Below, one piece after another: positions 42,001-50,970 of a stretch of DNA of 64,000 nucleotides. This stretch comes from Thermoanaerobaculia bacterium (lineage in GTDB: Bacteria > Acidobacteriota > Thermoanaerobaculia > Gp7-AA8). The position numbers were made by a program, and so were the translations under genes. Positions within the stretch are counted from its first letter, which is position 1. Every line of letters starts with the position of its first letter. The notes beneath the pieces are model-generated. The model was not told the DNA's origin, ran no database searches, and saw only the letters and a list, made by a program, of their open reading frames with translations. The stretch is from assembly GCA_035482045.1 (NCBI GenBank), contig DATHRD010000081.1, positions 88,149-152,148 on the forward strand, written 5' to 3'.

Positions 42001-45000
42001 AACCATTAGCGTCTGCATCCCGACCATCACGCAGCAGCCCACTGGCCTCATGATCAACGGCGGCCAGTCGACGACTCTTACGGTCGTCGCCAATACACCT
42101 GGGCTGACCTATCAGTGGTACACGGGAGCGAGCGGCAACACCTCCTCGCCGATCTCCGGCGCGACGAACGCCAGCTACATCGCCAGCCCCACCGTCACGA
42201 CGAGCTACTGGGTTCGCGTGACCGGCCTCTGCGCGCAGTCGGCCGACAGCAACACCGCCACCATCACCATCTGCCAGCCGCCGTCGGCCATCTCGCTCAG
42301 CGGGGGAGGGGAGATCGTCCGCGGCCAGTCGATGACGCTCTTCGCCAGCTCCACGGGGACGGGCATTACCTATCAGTGGTACCAGGGCTCGGCCAGCGAC
42401 ACCTCCACGCCGATTTACAACGGAGCGCAGTCGATCACAGTGAACCCGCAGAGCCTGACCAACTATTGGGTCCGCGTGAGCGGCACCTGCGGATCGCGCG
42501 ACAGCGCGACCGTAACGGTGAACGTCTGCGCCGCCCCGACCATCACCAGCCAGCCGCAGAGCGTCTCCGTCTTCAGCGGGGGCACCACCACGCTCAGCGT
42601 CAGTGCCTCGGTGGCCACGGCCACACCGTTGACCTATCAGTGGTACATCGGCGCCAGCGGCACGACGAGCTCTCCCATCTCCGGTGCGACGAGCTCCAGC
42701 TACACCACTCCCGCGTTGACCACCGACACGAGCTACTGGGTGGCCGTCTCATCCGACATCTGCGGCCCGACGCTGAGCGATGCGGCCACTGTCTCGATCT
42801 GCCCGCTGCCGCCGACCATGACCGGCGCGCCGAGCCAGTCCATCTCCCTCGGCCAGACAGCACACCTGGTCATCCCGCCGTTCTCTCCGAGCACCGGCGA
42901 TACCTACTTCTGGTATCAGGGCGCCGCCGGCGACACCTCGCATCCTCTTGGAGACTACAGCGGAGACTGGGGACCGTATAACTACATCGACGTCTCTCCG
43001 GCCGTGACGACGCAGTACTGGGCTCAGATCAAGAACGGTACCTGCATCGCCAGTACGGGGACGACCACGGTCAGCGTCTGCATTCCGACGATTACGCAGC
43101 AGCCGGCCAGCCTCATGATCAACAGCGGCCAGACGACCACGCTCACGGTCGCGGCCAACACGGCCGGGCTGACCTACCATTGGTATCAAGGCGCCAGCGG
43201 CAACACTTCGGTCCCGGTGGGAACCAACTCCCCAACCTTCACTACGCCGGCCCTGACCGCCACCACAAGCTACTGGGTCCTTGTGACCGGTACTTGCGGC
43301 CAGTCCGTGAGCAGCAACACGGCCACGGTCACGATCTGCCAGACGCCCGCGATCACAGTTCAGCCGGCGGGGACCTCACTCGTGCGCGGGTACAGCACCA
43401 CTCTCAGCGTCTCGGCTACCGGGACGGGTCTGAGCTACCAGTGGTACCTCGGCACGAGCGGCAACACCAGTAACCCGCTCGCTGGCAACACAAACTCGTA
43501 CACGGTCACGAACCCGCAGAACCCGGTCGATTACTGGGTCAAGGTCTCCGGCACGTGCGGAACCGCAGTCAACAGCGCCACGGCGCACATCTCGGTCTGC
43601 ACCACACCGACGATCAACACGCAGCCGCAAAGCTCTTACACGTTCAGCGGAGGATCGGCCACGCTCAGCGTCTCGGCCTCCGAGGCAACGGGCGAGACGT
43701 TGCACTACCAGTGGCACAAGGGAACCACGAGTCCGGTCAACGTCGGTACCGATTCACCGACCTACAACACGGGAGCCCTCTCGGCCGTCACCTCGTACTA
43801 CGTCACCGTCACCGCCGGCACGGCCGGCCTCTGCTCGGTCGACAGCGCGGCAGCGACGGTCTCGATCTGCACGTACCCGCAGACGGTTACCGGCGCTCCG
43901 AACGCGAACACCTCACCCGGACAGTCGGTGCGTCTGACGATCACCCCGAACTACGGTGTCACGTCATACCTCTGGTACCGCGGTGTGAGCGGCGACACGA
44001 GCAACCCGATGGGCGGTTGGCAGGCTGCCAACTACGTCGACGTCGCTCCGACGACGACCACGAGCTACTGGGCGCAATGGCAGGCCGACTCCGGCTCCTG
44101 CATCTCGAACACGACCACGACGACCGTGAGCGTCTGCATCCCCGTCATCACCACACAGCCGGCCAACGTAACGATCGCTTCCGGCTCGACCACGCTCTCG
44201 GTCGTTTCGAACCTGCCGGGCTCCACGTATCAGTGGTACGTCGGCGCGAGCGGCACGACCACCTCGCCGATCTCGGGCGCAACCTCTGCCAGCGTCACGG
44301 TCTCGCCCGGGACGACGACCAGCTACTGGTGCCGCGTGTCGGGCTCCTGCGCCACGGCCAACAGCAACACGGCCACGGTCACGATCTGCTCGCCGCCGGC
44401 GATCACGCATCAACCGACCAACTCGGTCGCGCAAAGCGGCCAATTGAACGTCCTGACCGTGACCGCCACAGGGACGAACCTCACGTACCAGTGGTACATG
44501 GGCGCGAGCGGCGACACCAGCAACCCGATGAGCGGCAGGACGACTAGTACGCTGCAGAACAACCTCACCAGCAGCGTGCAGTACTGGGTGAAGGTGAGCG
44601 GCACATGCGGTTCGGTCAACAGTAGCGCCGCGTGGATGTCGGTACCCCCTGGAATCCTCTCGCAGCCACAGCAGACGACGTATGTGGCCCAGGGCTCGAA
44701 AGGCAATCTCTTCGTGAACGCGGCGGGGACGGGCCTGCACTATCAATGGTGGGGCGACAGCGGCCCGGTTGCCGGAGCGCCTGACTCGCCGAACTTCATC
44801 TCACCCGACGTCAATGCCACGGCAGACTACTACTGCATCATCACCAGTTCCGGCGGAGCGCAGACCACGAGCTGGACGGGGACCTTCTACCTCTGCACCG
44901 GGGTCCCCATCAACAGCACCACGGTAACCAATGCCGGGGGCAACTGCCGCAACCTGATCTCGAACGTCGCCGGGTCGTACAACAACATGACCTGGTATCA

Positions 45001-45157
45001 GGGACAACGGGGCGATACGTCGGTCCAGGTTGGCACGAACTACTACCTGTCCGTCTGCCCCTCGACGTCGACCACCTACTGGTTCCGCGTCTTCAACACC
45101 GACTCGAGCCAGGGCGTCTCCTGCTACACCGACAGCGCCACGTCAACCGTGCCATAG
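39044..45157 (+). CDS. Giant lipoprotein (2,037 aa): ~560-aa Cys-rich N-terminal domain of unknown function plus 17 Ig-like repeats
   Basis: RBS GAGGAGG 8 nt upstream. The signal peptide has lipobox ..FVAPNLSAC. The 17 repeats of ~75-90 aa carry the core motif (T/L)YQWYxGxSGxTSxPIxGAT..SYT..P..TTSYWVRVSGxCG...S..ATVT(V/I)C. Confidence 0.85.
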   Translation: MRVSNSRRLPMKSIYLAAVAVAALSLFVAPNLSACVSNDTMMSYHGGGDETDLNDYGALFIDAGDPGCAKDAMTRLTKKLESHLASSSPFQHWGDGYYVALIYGAALRLGEQGWAMKDLDWQLDYSPDESPHATVANKFMHVDSGSNGVPACNPDGFNTCMDDFAGSAAGYAWMAVYKSRRVMPGHNTTDDVKAALGLAALHIHNSLSQSTGAICIRKLPLDDNTRLFPICDGTIDMLTAGTAQTLSVNGTVQLIHYGFGLMTSVLSAAQGYEIASATLTPKGGPIVFSPSEIAIAKGLYDEIVRHTDTSGNFLPPDCLKLVGGVIEGNSPCDGSFIGDKSYAGSAYEPNMYQLKGAYDKYFPRVIPDESTPPEMTPYISNNFQIGLFPNVSDPKDHFGYGRLATYRDMGGYWIPGGNPNMPSDGPPNMPSDVYDPLPGSLSISPSGYATGWTCDQDAPNGAIEVDFYTGDLWPPVYVLPVATTYANLASESAVNSACSPDGILSGGTAHRFAIQLPPQAAGLAIHAFGLDYTWYGFTELLCSSGTVCSFAACSTATITAQPVSSPGSIASGESSTLTIGVSGTSPTIQWYTSSGTYVGSGSSITVSPTTTTTYYATVGNSCTSTFPSANVTVSVSPTCITATITAQPVSNPGTIGSGGSSTLTIGVSGTSPTIQWYTSSGTYIGSGTYCAVSPTTNTTYYAIVSNSCTSPIQSANVSVIVVPCSPPVIVMQPAGSTIASGQTATLSLSASGSQPLSIQWFTALGAPAGTGATITVSPAETTGYYATVSNSCGSVNTQTVTITVSVCAAPVITSQPQGLSVFFGSTATLSVTATVTTATPLTYQWYVGDSGTTTSPISGATSSSYTTPPLTTDTSYWVAVSSDICGPTLSDAAIVSICPLPPTMPAAPDQTIRLGQTAHVELAPFSPPTGNTFFWYQGASGDTSNPLGDFTGDWGPYDYIDVSPAVTTQYWAQIKNGSCVANTGTTTISVCIPTITQQPTGLMINGGQSTTLTVVANTPGLTYQWYTGASGNTSSPISGATNASYIASPTVTTSYWVRVTGLCAQSADSNTATITICQPPSAISLSGGGEIVRGQSMTLFASSTGTGITYQWYQGSASDTSTPIYNGAQSITVNPQSLTNYWVRVSGTCGSRDSATVTVNVCAAPTITSQPQSVSVFSGGTTTLSVSASVATATPLTYQWYIGASGTTSSPISGATSSSYTTPALTTDTSYWVAVSSDICGPTLSDAATVSICPLPPTMTGAPSQSISLGQTAHLVIPPFSPSTGDTYFWYQGAAGDTSHPLGDYSGDWGPYNYIDVSPAVTTQYWAQIKNGTCIASTGTTTVSVCIPTITQQPASLMINSGQTTTLTVAANTAGLTYHWYQGASGNTSVPVGTNSPTFTTPALTATTSYWVLVTGTCGQSVSSNTATVTICQTPAITVQPAGTSLVRGYSTTLSVSATGTGLSYQWYLGTSGNTSNPLAGNTNSYTVTNPQNPVDYWVKVSGTCGTAVNSATAHISVCTTPTINTQPQSSYTFSGGSATLSVSASEATGETLHYQWHKGTTSPVNVGTDSPTYNTGALSAVTSYYVTVTAGTAGLCSVDSAAATVSICTYPQTVTGAPNANTSPGQSVRLTITPNYGVTSYLWYRGVSGDTSNPMGGWQAANYVDVAPTTTTSYWAQWQADSGSCISNTTTTTVSVCIPVITTQPANVTIASGSTTLSVVSNLPGSTYQWYVGASGTTTSPISGATSASVTVSPGTTTSYWCRVSGSCATANSNTATVTICSPPAITHQPTNSVAQSGQLNVLTVTATGTNLTYQWYMGASGDTSNPMSGRTTSTLQNNLTSSVQYWVKVSGTCGSVNSSAAWMSVPPGILSQPQQTTYVAQGSKGNLFVNAAGTGLHYQWWGDSGPVAGAPDSPNFISPDVNATADYYCIITSSGGAQTTSWTGTFYLCTGVPINSTTVTNAGGNCRNLISNVAGSYNNMTWYQGQRGDTSVQVGTNYYLSVCPSTSTTYWFRVFNTDSSQGVSCYTDSATSTVP

Positions 45158-45184
45158 GTTGAATGACCGGACTCATATGACACC

Positions 45185-45224
45185 ACAGAGGCACTGAGGA
45201 ACGGAAAACCTCAGTGCTCTCTGT
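45185..45224 (+). terminator. Stem-loop terminator candidate after the lipoprotein gene
   Basis: ACAGAGGCACTGAGG-aacggaaaa-CCTCAGTGCTCTCTGT, a 15-bp stem with a 1-nt bulge. No strong T-tract follows. Confidence 0.45.
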
Positions 45225-45265
45225 ACTACTAACCCCGGATTTCTGCGCGCGGCACAAGAACTCTC

Positions 45266-45333
45266 TCACGCGAAGACGCGAAGAAACGAAGGTTTGCGAT
45301 GATCTCCTTCGCGTTCTTCGCGTCTTTGCGTGA
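45266..45333. repeat. Imperfect 27-bp-arm palindrome between convergent genes (REP-like / bidirectional terminator candidate)
   Basis: TCACGCGAAGACGCGAAGAAACGAAGG ... CCTTCGCGTTCTTCGCGTCTTTGCGTGA. Confidence 0.7.
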
Positions 45334-45387
45334 GAATTGGGTTGCGGGCCATGCCAGCGCTGTGTCTCGTGGTCGGCTTTGTTTCGG

Positions 45388-48300
45388 CTACTCCGCCGCT
45401 CCGATCAACACGAACGGCGACCAGTAGTACGGATGGTGGTAGCGGGGGTCGCGCAGGAGGGCCAGGCGCGCCTCGCGCAGCGCCTCCGCCTTTGCGAATG
45501 GGTGCCCGGCGGCCCGGGCGGCGAGCCACTTGCGGTAGAAGTTCACCATCAGGACGGCCGTCGTGGCCGAGCCGACGGGCCATTCACTGGCCACTACGGA
45601 GGGGCAGCCGGCGGCGAAGAGAGCCCAGGCCATGCCGGTCAGACCCTCGCCGGCATGGACACTACCCCGGGCCGTGTCGCACGCGGACAGCACGACCAGC
45701 TCAGCCGAGAGGTGCATCTTCATCATCTCGCGCGCTTCGAGCGCCCCGTCCTCCCGGTCGCCCTCGCGCCGCGCCAGCAACAGATGCGAATACATCGGGT
45801 TCGCGTCGTCGATGACGCCGTGAGTGGCGAAGTGGATGATCGCGTAGCCGGGGGCTTCCGCTTTGACGCGCGACTCCAGCGCCTCGTCTACGACGTAGAC
45901 GGTACTCGCCCCCGGCCCGAACAGACGGCCGATGGCCCGCACTTCATCCCCCGCTTCGGGAATCGCCGCGAGACTCACACGGCGCACGGCGTTGTCCGTT
46001 TGTGTGGAGGCAAGACGCGGGTTTCCGACGCCGAGGAAAACGTGCGCCGCCGTGTCGATGTTCGTCGTGCGGCGCGAACTGTTGCCGAGCAGTACGGCCG
46101 CCGAAAGACCGTAGTGAAAGGCGTGCTGTTCGATGGCGAACCTTCCCTGCCCGTCCATGAGCGTTTCGAAGGGGACGCGCCACAAGGCGTCATCCGGCAC
46201 GATCGTGAAGAGGGTGGCCGTGCCGGCCGCTTCGACCGCGGGCTTGAGCAGGAGGTCATACAACTGCCGCGCCGCCGGCCGGTAGGCGGCATTGCGGGAG
46301 GCGAGCTGCGTCGAGAATTGATCGATGAGACGTGCCAGCGCCGCCTGTTCGATCGGCACGGTTCGGACGGTCAGCCGCGGCTGCTTTCCCGCCTGAACGA
46401 TGAACAGATGCACGTTATGGGGACTGACGACATACTCCACCAGGGCGGCCTTGCCACCGGATAGAAGCGGCGCCAGCGAGGAGAGCGCGGTCAGATCGCC
46501 CGCTCCGCGTGCGGCGTGCAGAGGCGGATAGCGCGCGTCGAGGGCCGCCCGATACGACTCCAGGTCGAGCCGCGCCTTCTCCACGTTCGCCGCGCCGCCG
46601 GAATTCGTCGCTGCGTTCCGATTGGCCTCGACCAGCTTCTGTTCGAGCTGCTGCTCCTCGTCGATCTCCGCGGGCGGCACATCCTGCTCCGCGCTCGACC
46701 GTTCCGAACTGAGCACGTCGAGCAGCGCCCGCGCCTTCGCCTTCTCCGCGACCAGGAACGCTTCGTCGTACCGGTGGTCTTCGATGAGCAGGTCGACGAG
46801 CATGACGTATGCGGCGGCCGCCGGCTCGAACAAGAGCTCCAGTTGCCGTTCGCTTCCGGCGATCCCGGCGCGTTCCTGCTCGCCGTAGTCGACGGCGGAC
46901 CGCAGGGCCGCGTAGGTTGCCGTGCGATCGCCGAGCGCGAGATGGGCCCGGGCGGCCAGCAGCCAGGGCGTGAGTCTTGACACGGCTTTCTGTTTCGAAC
47001 GCGCATCGATCGATCGTTGCGCGGCCCGAACCGCGTCGTCATACCGGTGCTGCGCGAGCCGGACACGGGCCAGGGTCTCGAATGTCTGCGCCTTCGTTTC
47101 ATCCTCGACGCCTGTTTCCGCATCGCTGGCCGCCTCCTGAATCGCGGCCTCGGCCTTCACGAGATCGCCATGCTGTAAGCGCTCGACCGCGACGTCCGTT
47201 CGAACTTGCGTGGCAAGGTCCTTCAGGGCACCAGTGGCGCGTTTCAGCACGTCGCCGGCTGCCGCCCGGAACTCCGCCGTTCTGCCGAGGCGGAGATAAC
47301 AACGCGCCAGCATCCGGGTCGCGCCGACATACCCGCTCTCGAAATGCACCCTGTCGGCAAACACCTGCGCCCGTTTGAGATGCATGGCGGCTAGCTCAAA
47401 ATCGTTTTCGCTGACATAGATCTCGCCGAGCATGGTCTCGAGGCCGCAGAGGTCGGTCGCGTTGTTCGCGCGCGTAGCGATCTCTTCAGCGATCTGGAGG
47501 TAGGGAAAGCAGGCCCGATAATCGCCACGCTCCTCGTGTACGCCCGCCATCAGGATCGCGGCGCGCGAAACGAGCCCCTGGTCTTCGATGACAGCACGCG
47601 CCGAGAGGACTCTCTCGGCGAGGGGAGCCACTCTCGTCGAGTTCCCATCGTGCCACTGGTAAGCTCGCACCACGTTCAGGAGCGCAGAGGCCAGCACATC
47701 GGGATCGCCGAAAGGCTCCGCCACGGCCAGGGCCTCTTCGACGCTGACAAGGGCTTTGGCCTGGTCCGGTTTCGGTCCTATCCGCTCGGAGATCGACTCG
47801 AGCACCTCCGTCGTGGAGAGTATCCCGTCGTCGGCCGTCATGGCCGCGAGCTCCCGCAACGCCGTGGTCAGCCGTTCCTCGGCATCGAACAGGTGCTGGT
47901 TGAGGAGTGCCGACGACTTCCGGCGCAGGCCGCGGTAGAACGCAAAGTCGAGCAGTTCAGCGTTCTCCCGTACAAGCGAGCGCGCTTCGTCAATGCTCTT
48001 CGCGGCCACGACGCGGTCGACGAGCTCGTCCTCCTTCAACGTCCAGCGGTCGATGCGCCACTCGTCATGCTCGCGCTTCATCCCGATCGTGGCGTGCTCG
48101 ATGTCGGCGGACATCCGTCCGTTGATCCGGCTTGTCCTCGAGAGCACGGCCACGGCCGGCACCTCCGCGCGGCCGGCATCGATCCGCGGCTCGTCTGCAT
48201 GAAACATGATGAGTGTGATGCATTTGACGCGCTGTTCATTGGTGAGGTCGGCGAGGTGAACCGGCGTGACGCCCTCGGCCCACAACCGCTTGAACCCGTC

Positions 48301-48429
48301 AGCGTCGCCATCGGCGTAGCTCGCGTAGAGGGCATGCGCCACCGCGGCGGGGGTGTCGGCGGCGAACACCGTCGCCGAGAAACCTAAGACGGCAAAAGCG
48401 AGCGTACTGATCCGGTTGGCGTTTTTCAT
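45388..48429 (-). CDS. Secreted TPR-repeat / CHAT-domain (caspase-like) protease
   Basis: Signal peptide MKNANRISTLAFAVLGFSATVFA|AD. An NTF2-like N-domain is followed by a long TPR-like helical region. The C-terminal CHAT domain has the His/Cys dyad motifs IIHFATHG and LVVLSACDTARG (expected PF12770). Confidence 0.9.
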   Translation of the reverse strand: MKNANRISTLAFAVLGFSATVFAADTPAAVAHALYASYADGDADGFKRLWAEGVTPVHLADLTNEQRVKCITLIMFHADEPRIDAGRAEVPAVAVLSRTSRINGRMSADIEHATIGMKREHDEWRIDRWTLKEDELVDRVVAAKSIDEARSLVRENAELLDFAFYRGLRRKSSALLNQHLFDAEERLTTALRELAAMTADDGILSTTEVLESISERIGPKPDQAKALVSVEEALAVAEPFGDPDVLASALLNVVRAYQWHDGNSTRVAPLAERVLSARAVIEDQGLVSRAAILMAGVHEERGDYRACFPYLQIAEEIATRANNATDLCGLETMLGEIYVSENDFELAAMHLKRAQVFADRVHFESGYVGATRMLARCYLRLGRTAEFRAAAGDVLKRATGALKDLATQVRTDVAVERLQHGDLVKAEAAIQEAASDAETGVEDETKAQTFETLARVRLAQHRYDDAVRAAQRSIDARSKQKAVSRLTPWLLAARAHLALGDRTATYAALRSAVDYGEQERAGIAGSERQLELLFEPAAAAYVMLVDLLIEDHRYDEAFLVAEKAKARALLDVLSSERSSAEQDVPPAEIDEEQQLEQKLVEANRNAATNSGGAANVEKARLDLESYRAALDARYPPLHAARGAGDLTALSSLAPLLSGGKAALVEYVVSPHNVHLFIVQAGKQPRLTVRTVPIEQAALARLIDQFSTQLASRNAAYRPAARQLYDLLLKPAVEAAGTATLFTIVPDDALWRVPFETLMDGQGRFAIEQHAFHYGLSAAVLLGNSSRRTTNIDTAAHVFLGVGNPRLASTQTDNAVRRVSLAAIPEAGDEVRAIGRLFGPGASTVYVVDEALESRVKAEAPGYAIIHFATHGVIDDANPMYSHLLLARREGDREDGALEAREMMKMHLSAELVVLSACDTARGSVHAGEGLTGMAWALFAAGCPSVVASEWPVGSATTAVLMVNFYRKWLAARAAGHPFAKAEALREARLALLRDPRYHHPYYWSPFVLIGAAE

Positions 48430-48618
48430 TGTTTGCGGCAGTGGATGCCGGAATCCGGCCCGTCATCAACGACCTGCACGAACTCTATCATCCGCCGTAC
48501 GCAGTCATTGATGCACTGACATACATACGGCTTCGCTCTCAAACTCGATGCGATACCAGCAGGGAGCTTCACCAGGCGCTCCGGGAGCGATGTGGCACCA
48601 GGGTGCTGCGCTCCACTG

Positions 48619-48871
48619 CACTGTCATCCTGAGGCTGCCGCAGCCGCGCCTCGAATGTTGGTGCTTGCGCAATGAGAATTCGCGGCGGAGGACGCCGAAG
48701 GACCCCCTACCTGCTTGCGCGGAAGGGTGGTGGGGGTGTCGCAGACGCGTTGAATCCCCCTCCCTTTCCGGCTCGTAGTTGGGGGGTCCTTCGGCGTCCT
48801 CCGCCGCGACGTTTGATCTGTGCAAGCACCGACATTCGAGGCGCGGCTGCGGCAGCCTCAGGATGACAGTG
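48619..48871. repeat. ~253-bp nested palindromic element (MITE-like)
   Basis: Outer arms CACTGTCATCCTGAGGCTGCCGCAGCCGCGCCTCGAATGTTGGTGCTTGC / reverse complement at 48822-48871. Inner arms GCGGCGGAGGACGCCGAAGGACCCCC (48682-48707) / GGGGGTCCTTCGGCGTCCTCCGCCGC (48782-48807). Confidence 0.9.
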
Positions 48872-48913
48872 AAGTGAGAGGCGCTTAACCTCCGATTTCA
48901 ATCTTGACGCGCC

Positions 48914-49020
48914 ACTAGGTGGAATCGCAGGCAGAGTGTTTATCGAGCGTCCTTCTCCCCACCGCGCTTTTCAGCGGGGGGGAGAAGGCTCTCGACGTTA
49001 CACGGTGTCCGCGATTCCAG
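48914..49020. repeat. Hairpin repeat, family 'GGAATCGC...CCTTCTCCCC..GGGGAGAAGG...GCGATTCC', copy 1 (complete)
   Basis: GGTGGAATCGCAGGCAGAGTGTT..TCCTTCTCCCCaccgcgcttttcagcgGGGGGGAGAAGG..ACACGGTGTCCGCGATTCCAG. It lies 16 nt downstream of the BNR gene stop. Confidence 0.85.
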
Positions 49021-49035
49021 AGTCGGAAAAGCGGC

Positions 49036-50835
49036 CTAACGCCGCCGCACGGCGCGCATGCGCAATGGCAGCGCCAGATCGAGAACGCCGTGGGCGCTCG
49101 TTCCGGCGATCAACCTCTCATTGCGGAAGAGCAACGCCATGATCGGCGATCCGGCCGGCGTATCGCTACGGCGGATCCAGTAGATGTTGTCCAGCAGCTC
49201 GAACACGTCGCCGGCCGATGCCGCGAACAAGCGATCGGAGGCAGATGCCAGTGCGGTGATGTTCGGCGGGCTGTTCGAGACGGGCGCCCAGTTCGCACCG
49301 TGATCGAGAGTGGAGAAGAGGGCGGTGTCCGTGGCTGCATAGGCGAATCGCGTGGTGGTGGCGAGGGCCACAGCCGCCGCTGAGAGCGTGCGGGTCCAGG
49401 TGGCGCCGTCATCGTGGCTCACGAACACGCCGGTTGCTGTCGCTGCATAGACCGTCTGAGCATCGAAGGCGAACGACAGGACGCGTTCACCGGGGAGGGC
49501 GGTGGACCAGGTCGCGCCGCCGTCGCGCGAACGCATCAAGCCGTCGTTCAACCCGGCGTACACCGATTGCGATGACCGCGGATCGACAGCCAGCGCCTGC
49601 ACCCCTGCACCGATGTCGCCAGTCCAGAGCACGCTCCATGTGGCGCCGCCGTCGGATGTGCGTGAGATCGTGGCGTGAAAGGAAAGAGGATTTCCGAACG
49701 GACGGGCTGTTCCGGCGTATGCGATCGCGCCGTCGTTCGGATCGGCGGCCATCGTCGCCGCGCCGGCATTTCCGGTGATCCAGGTCGAGCCGCCGTCGTC
49801 ACTGCGCCAGATCTGCCCATCTTCGACGGCCCAGGTCGTCGTGGCATTCTCCGCCAGCGAAGAGATCGATCCTTCCCCCGGCAGCGCCGCGGTGATCGAC
49901 CATGCACGCTCGCCGTCGCTGCGCCGGTACACACCCGGTTGCGCCGCCGCGCACAGCGTTGTTCCGGCCAGCGTCATGGCGCTGATGTTCGGCGGCGACG
50001 GCACGAAGCCATCGTTGGTCATGGTCCACGTCCGGCCGCCATCATCGCTGCGCGCCGATCCGCCGATGTTGCCGTGCAGGTAGACGGTCGCGCCGAGGCC
50101 GGGGATGACGTCCTGTACAGGACTGACGCGCGCCGAATCGGTCAGTCCGGAATTCGATTCGGTCCATGTCTGGCCGTCGTCGATGCTGCGCAGAGCTCCG
50201 AATCCAACCGTTCCGGCCAGGAATGTGCCGTCGGACAGGATCGCAACGCGTTCTCCGAACGTCGTCGAGACCCGCGACCAGTTCTTTCCGTGATCGGCGC
50301 TGCGATACAAGCCGCTGGTTTCCGCCGCCACCAGCGTGTTGCCGTGAATGGCCACTCCCGTCACCCAGTCGTCGACGTTGTCGAGACCGTTGATGATCGG
50401 CTCCCAGGTCACTCCGCCGTCGCTCGTGCGCGCAAGGTTGAAGGGAGGCCCGAATGCATACAGCGTGGAACCGTCGATGGCCAGACCTCCGGCAATATCG
50501 GCGTAGAGGGTCGAGATCACCGTCCAGCTCGATCCTGGGTTCCGGCTGGCCAGCAATCCGATGTTCGTCATGGCGTAGACGGTTCCTGCCGGGTCGATCA
50601 CCATGGCGAAGACAAACGCCTGCGCGGTCGCGGAGTTGTTGATCTCCGTCCACGTCCGGCCGTCGTCTCCGCTCCGGAAGAAGCCATTGCCGTACGTGCC
50701 GGCGTAGATCGTCCCGTCGTGACCGGCCAGCGCTCGCACACCGACGCCGACCGGACCGTGACCGATCCACGGCGCGCCGCTGAGAGGAAAACCGACGGCG
50801 AGCATGGCCAGAACGGCGAGACGGGTGAGGAGCAT
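49036..50835 (-). CDS. Secreted BNR/Asp-box repeat beta-propeller protein
   Basis: Signal peptide MLLTRLAVLAMLAVGFPLSGA. At least 10 SxDxGxTW Asp-box motifs are present: SGDDGRTWT, TSDGGVTWE, SADHGKNWS, SIDDGQTWT, SDDGGRTWT, SDDGGSTWI, TSDGGATWS, SRDGGATWS, SHDDGATWT, TLDHGANWA. Confidence 0.85.
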   Translation of the reverse strand: MLLTRLAVLAMLAVGFPLSGAPWIGHGPVGVGVRALAGHDGTIYAGTYGNGFFRSGDDGRTWTEINNSATAQAFVFAMVIDPAGTVYAMTNIGLLASRNPGSSWTVISTLYADIAGGLAIDGSTLYAFGPPFNLARTSDGGVTWEPIINGLDNVDDWVTGVAIHGNTLVAAETSGLYRSADHGKNWSRVSTTFGERVAILSDGTFLAGTVGFGALRSIDDGQTWTESNSGLTDSARVSPVQDVIPGLGATVYLHGNIGGSARSDDGGRTWTMTNDGFVPSPPNISAMTLAGTTLCAAAQPGVYRRSDGERAWSITAALPGEGSISSLAENATTTWAVEDGQIWRSDDGGSTWITGNAGAATMAADPNDGAIAYAGTARPFGNPLSFHATISRTSDGGATWSVLWTGDIGAGVQALAVDPRSSQSVYAGLNDGLMRSRDGGATWSTALPGERVLSFAFDAQTVYAATATGVFVSHDDGATWTRTLSAAAVALATTTRFAYAATDTALFSTLDHGANWAPVSNSPPNITALASASDRLFAASAGDVFELLDNIYWIRRSDTPAGSPIMALLFRNERLIAGTSAHGVLDLALPLRMRAVRRR

Positions 50836-50870
50836 GTCAGTTAGCTACTGATAAGTATACGTTCGCGCTC

Positions 50871-50970
50871 GGATGGCTAACCCGGACTTCTCACCACTAA
50901 GTGGAATCGCAGACACGGTGTTCATCGAGCGTCCTTCTCCCCACCGCGCTTTTCAGCGGGGGGGAGAAGG
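50871..50970. repeat. Hairpin repeat family copy 2 (right half replaced), in direct orientation with copy 1
   Basis: 50896-50970, CTAAGTGGAATCGCAGACACGGTGTTCATCGAGCGTCCTTCTCCCCACCGCGCTTTTCAGCGGGGGGGAGAAGG, is ~90% identical to 48917-48990. It is preceded by GGCTAACCCGGACTTCTCAC, which is inverted relative to 51780-51800. Confidence 0.85.

Noticed and set aside
45337-50844. Plus-strand ORFs antisense to the CHAT gene (45337..46464, 47536..48387) and to the BNR gene (49675..50844).
   Set aside because: These are low-complexity shadow ORFs. The minus-strand genes have clear catalytic and Asp-box motifs.
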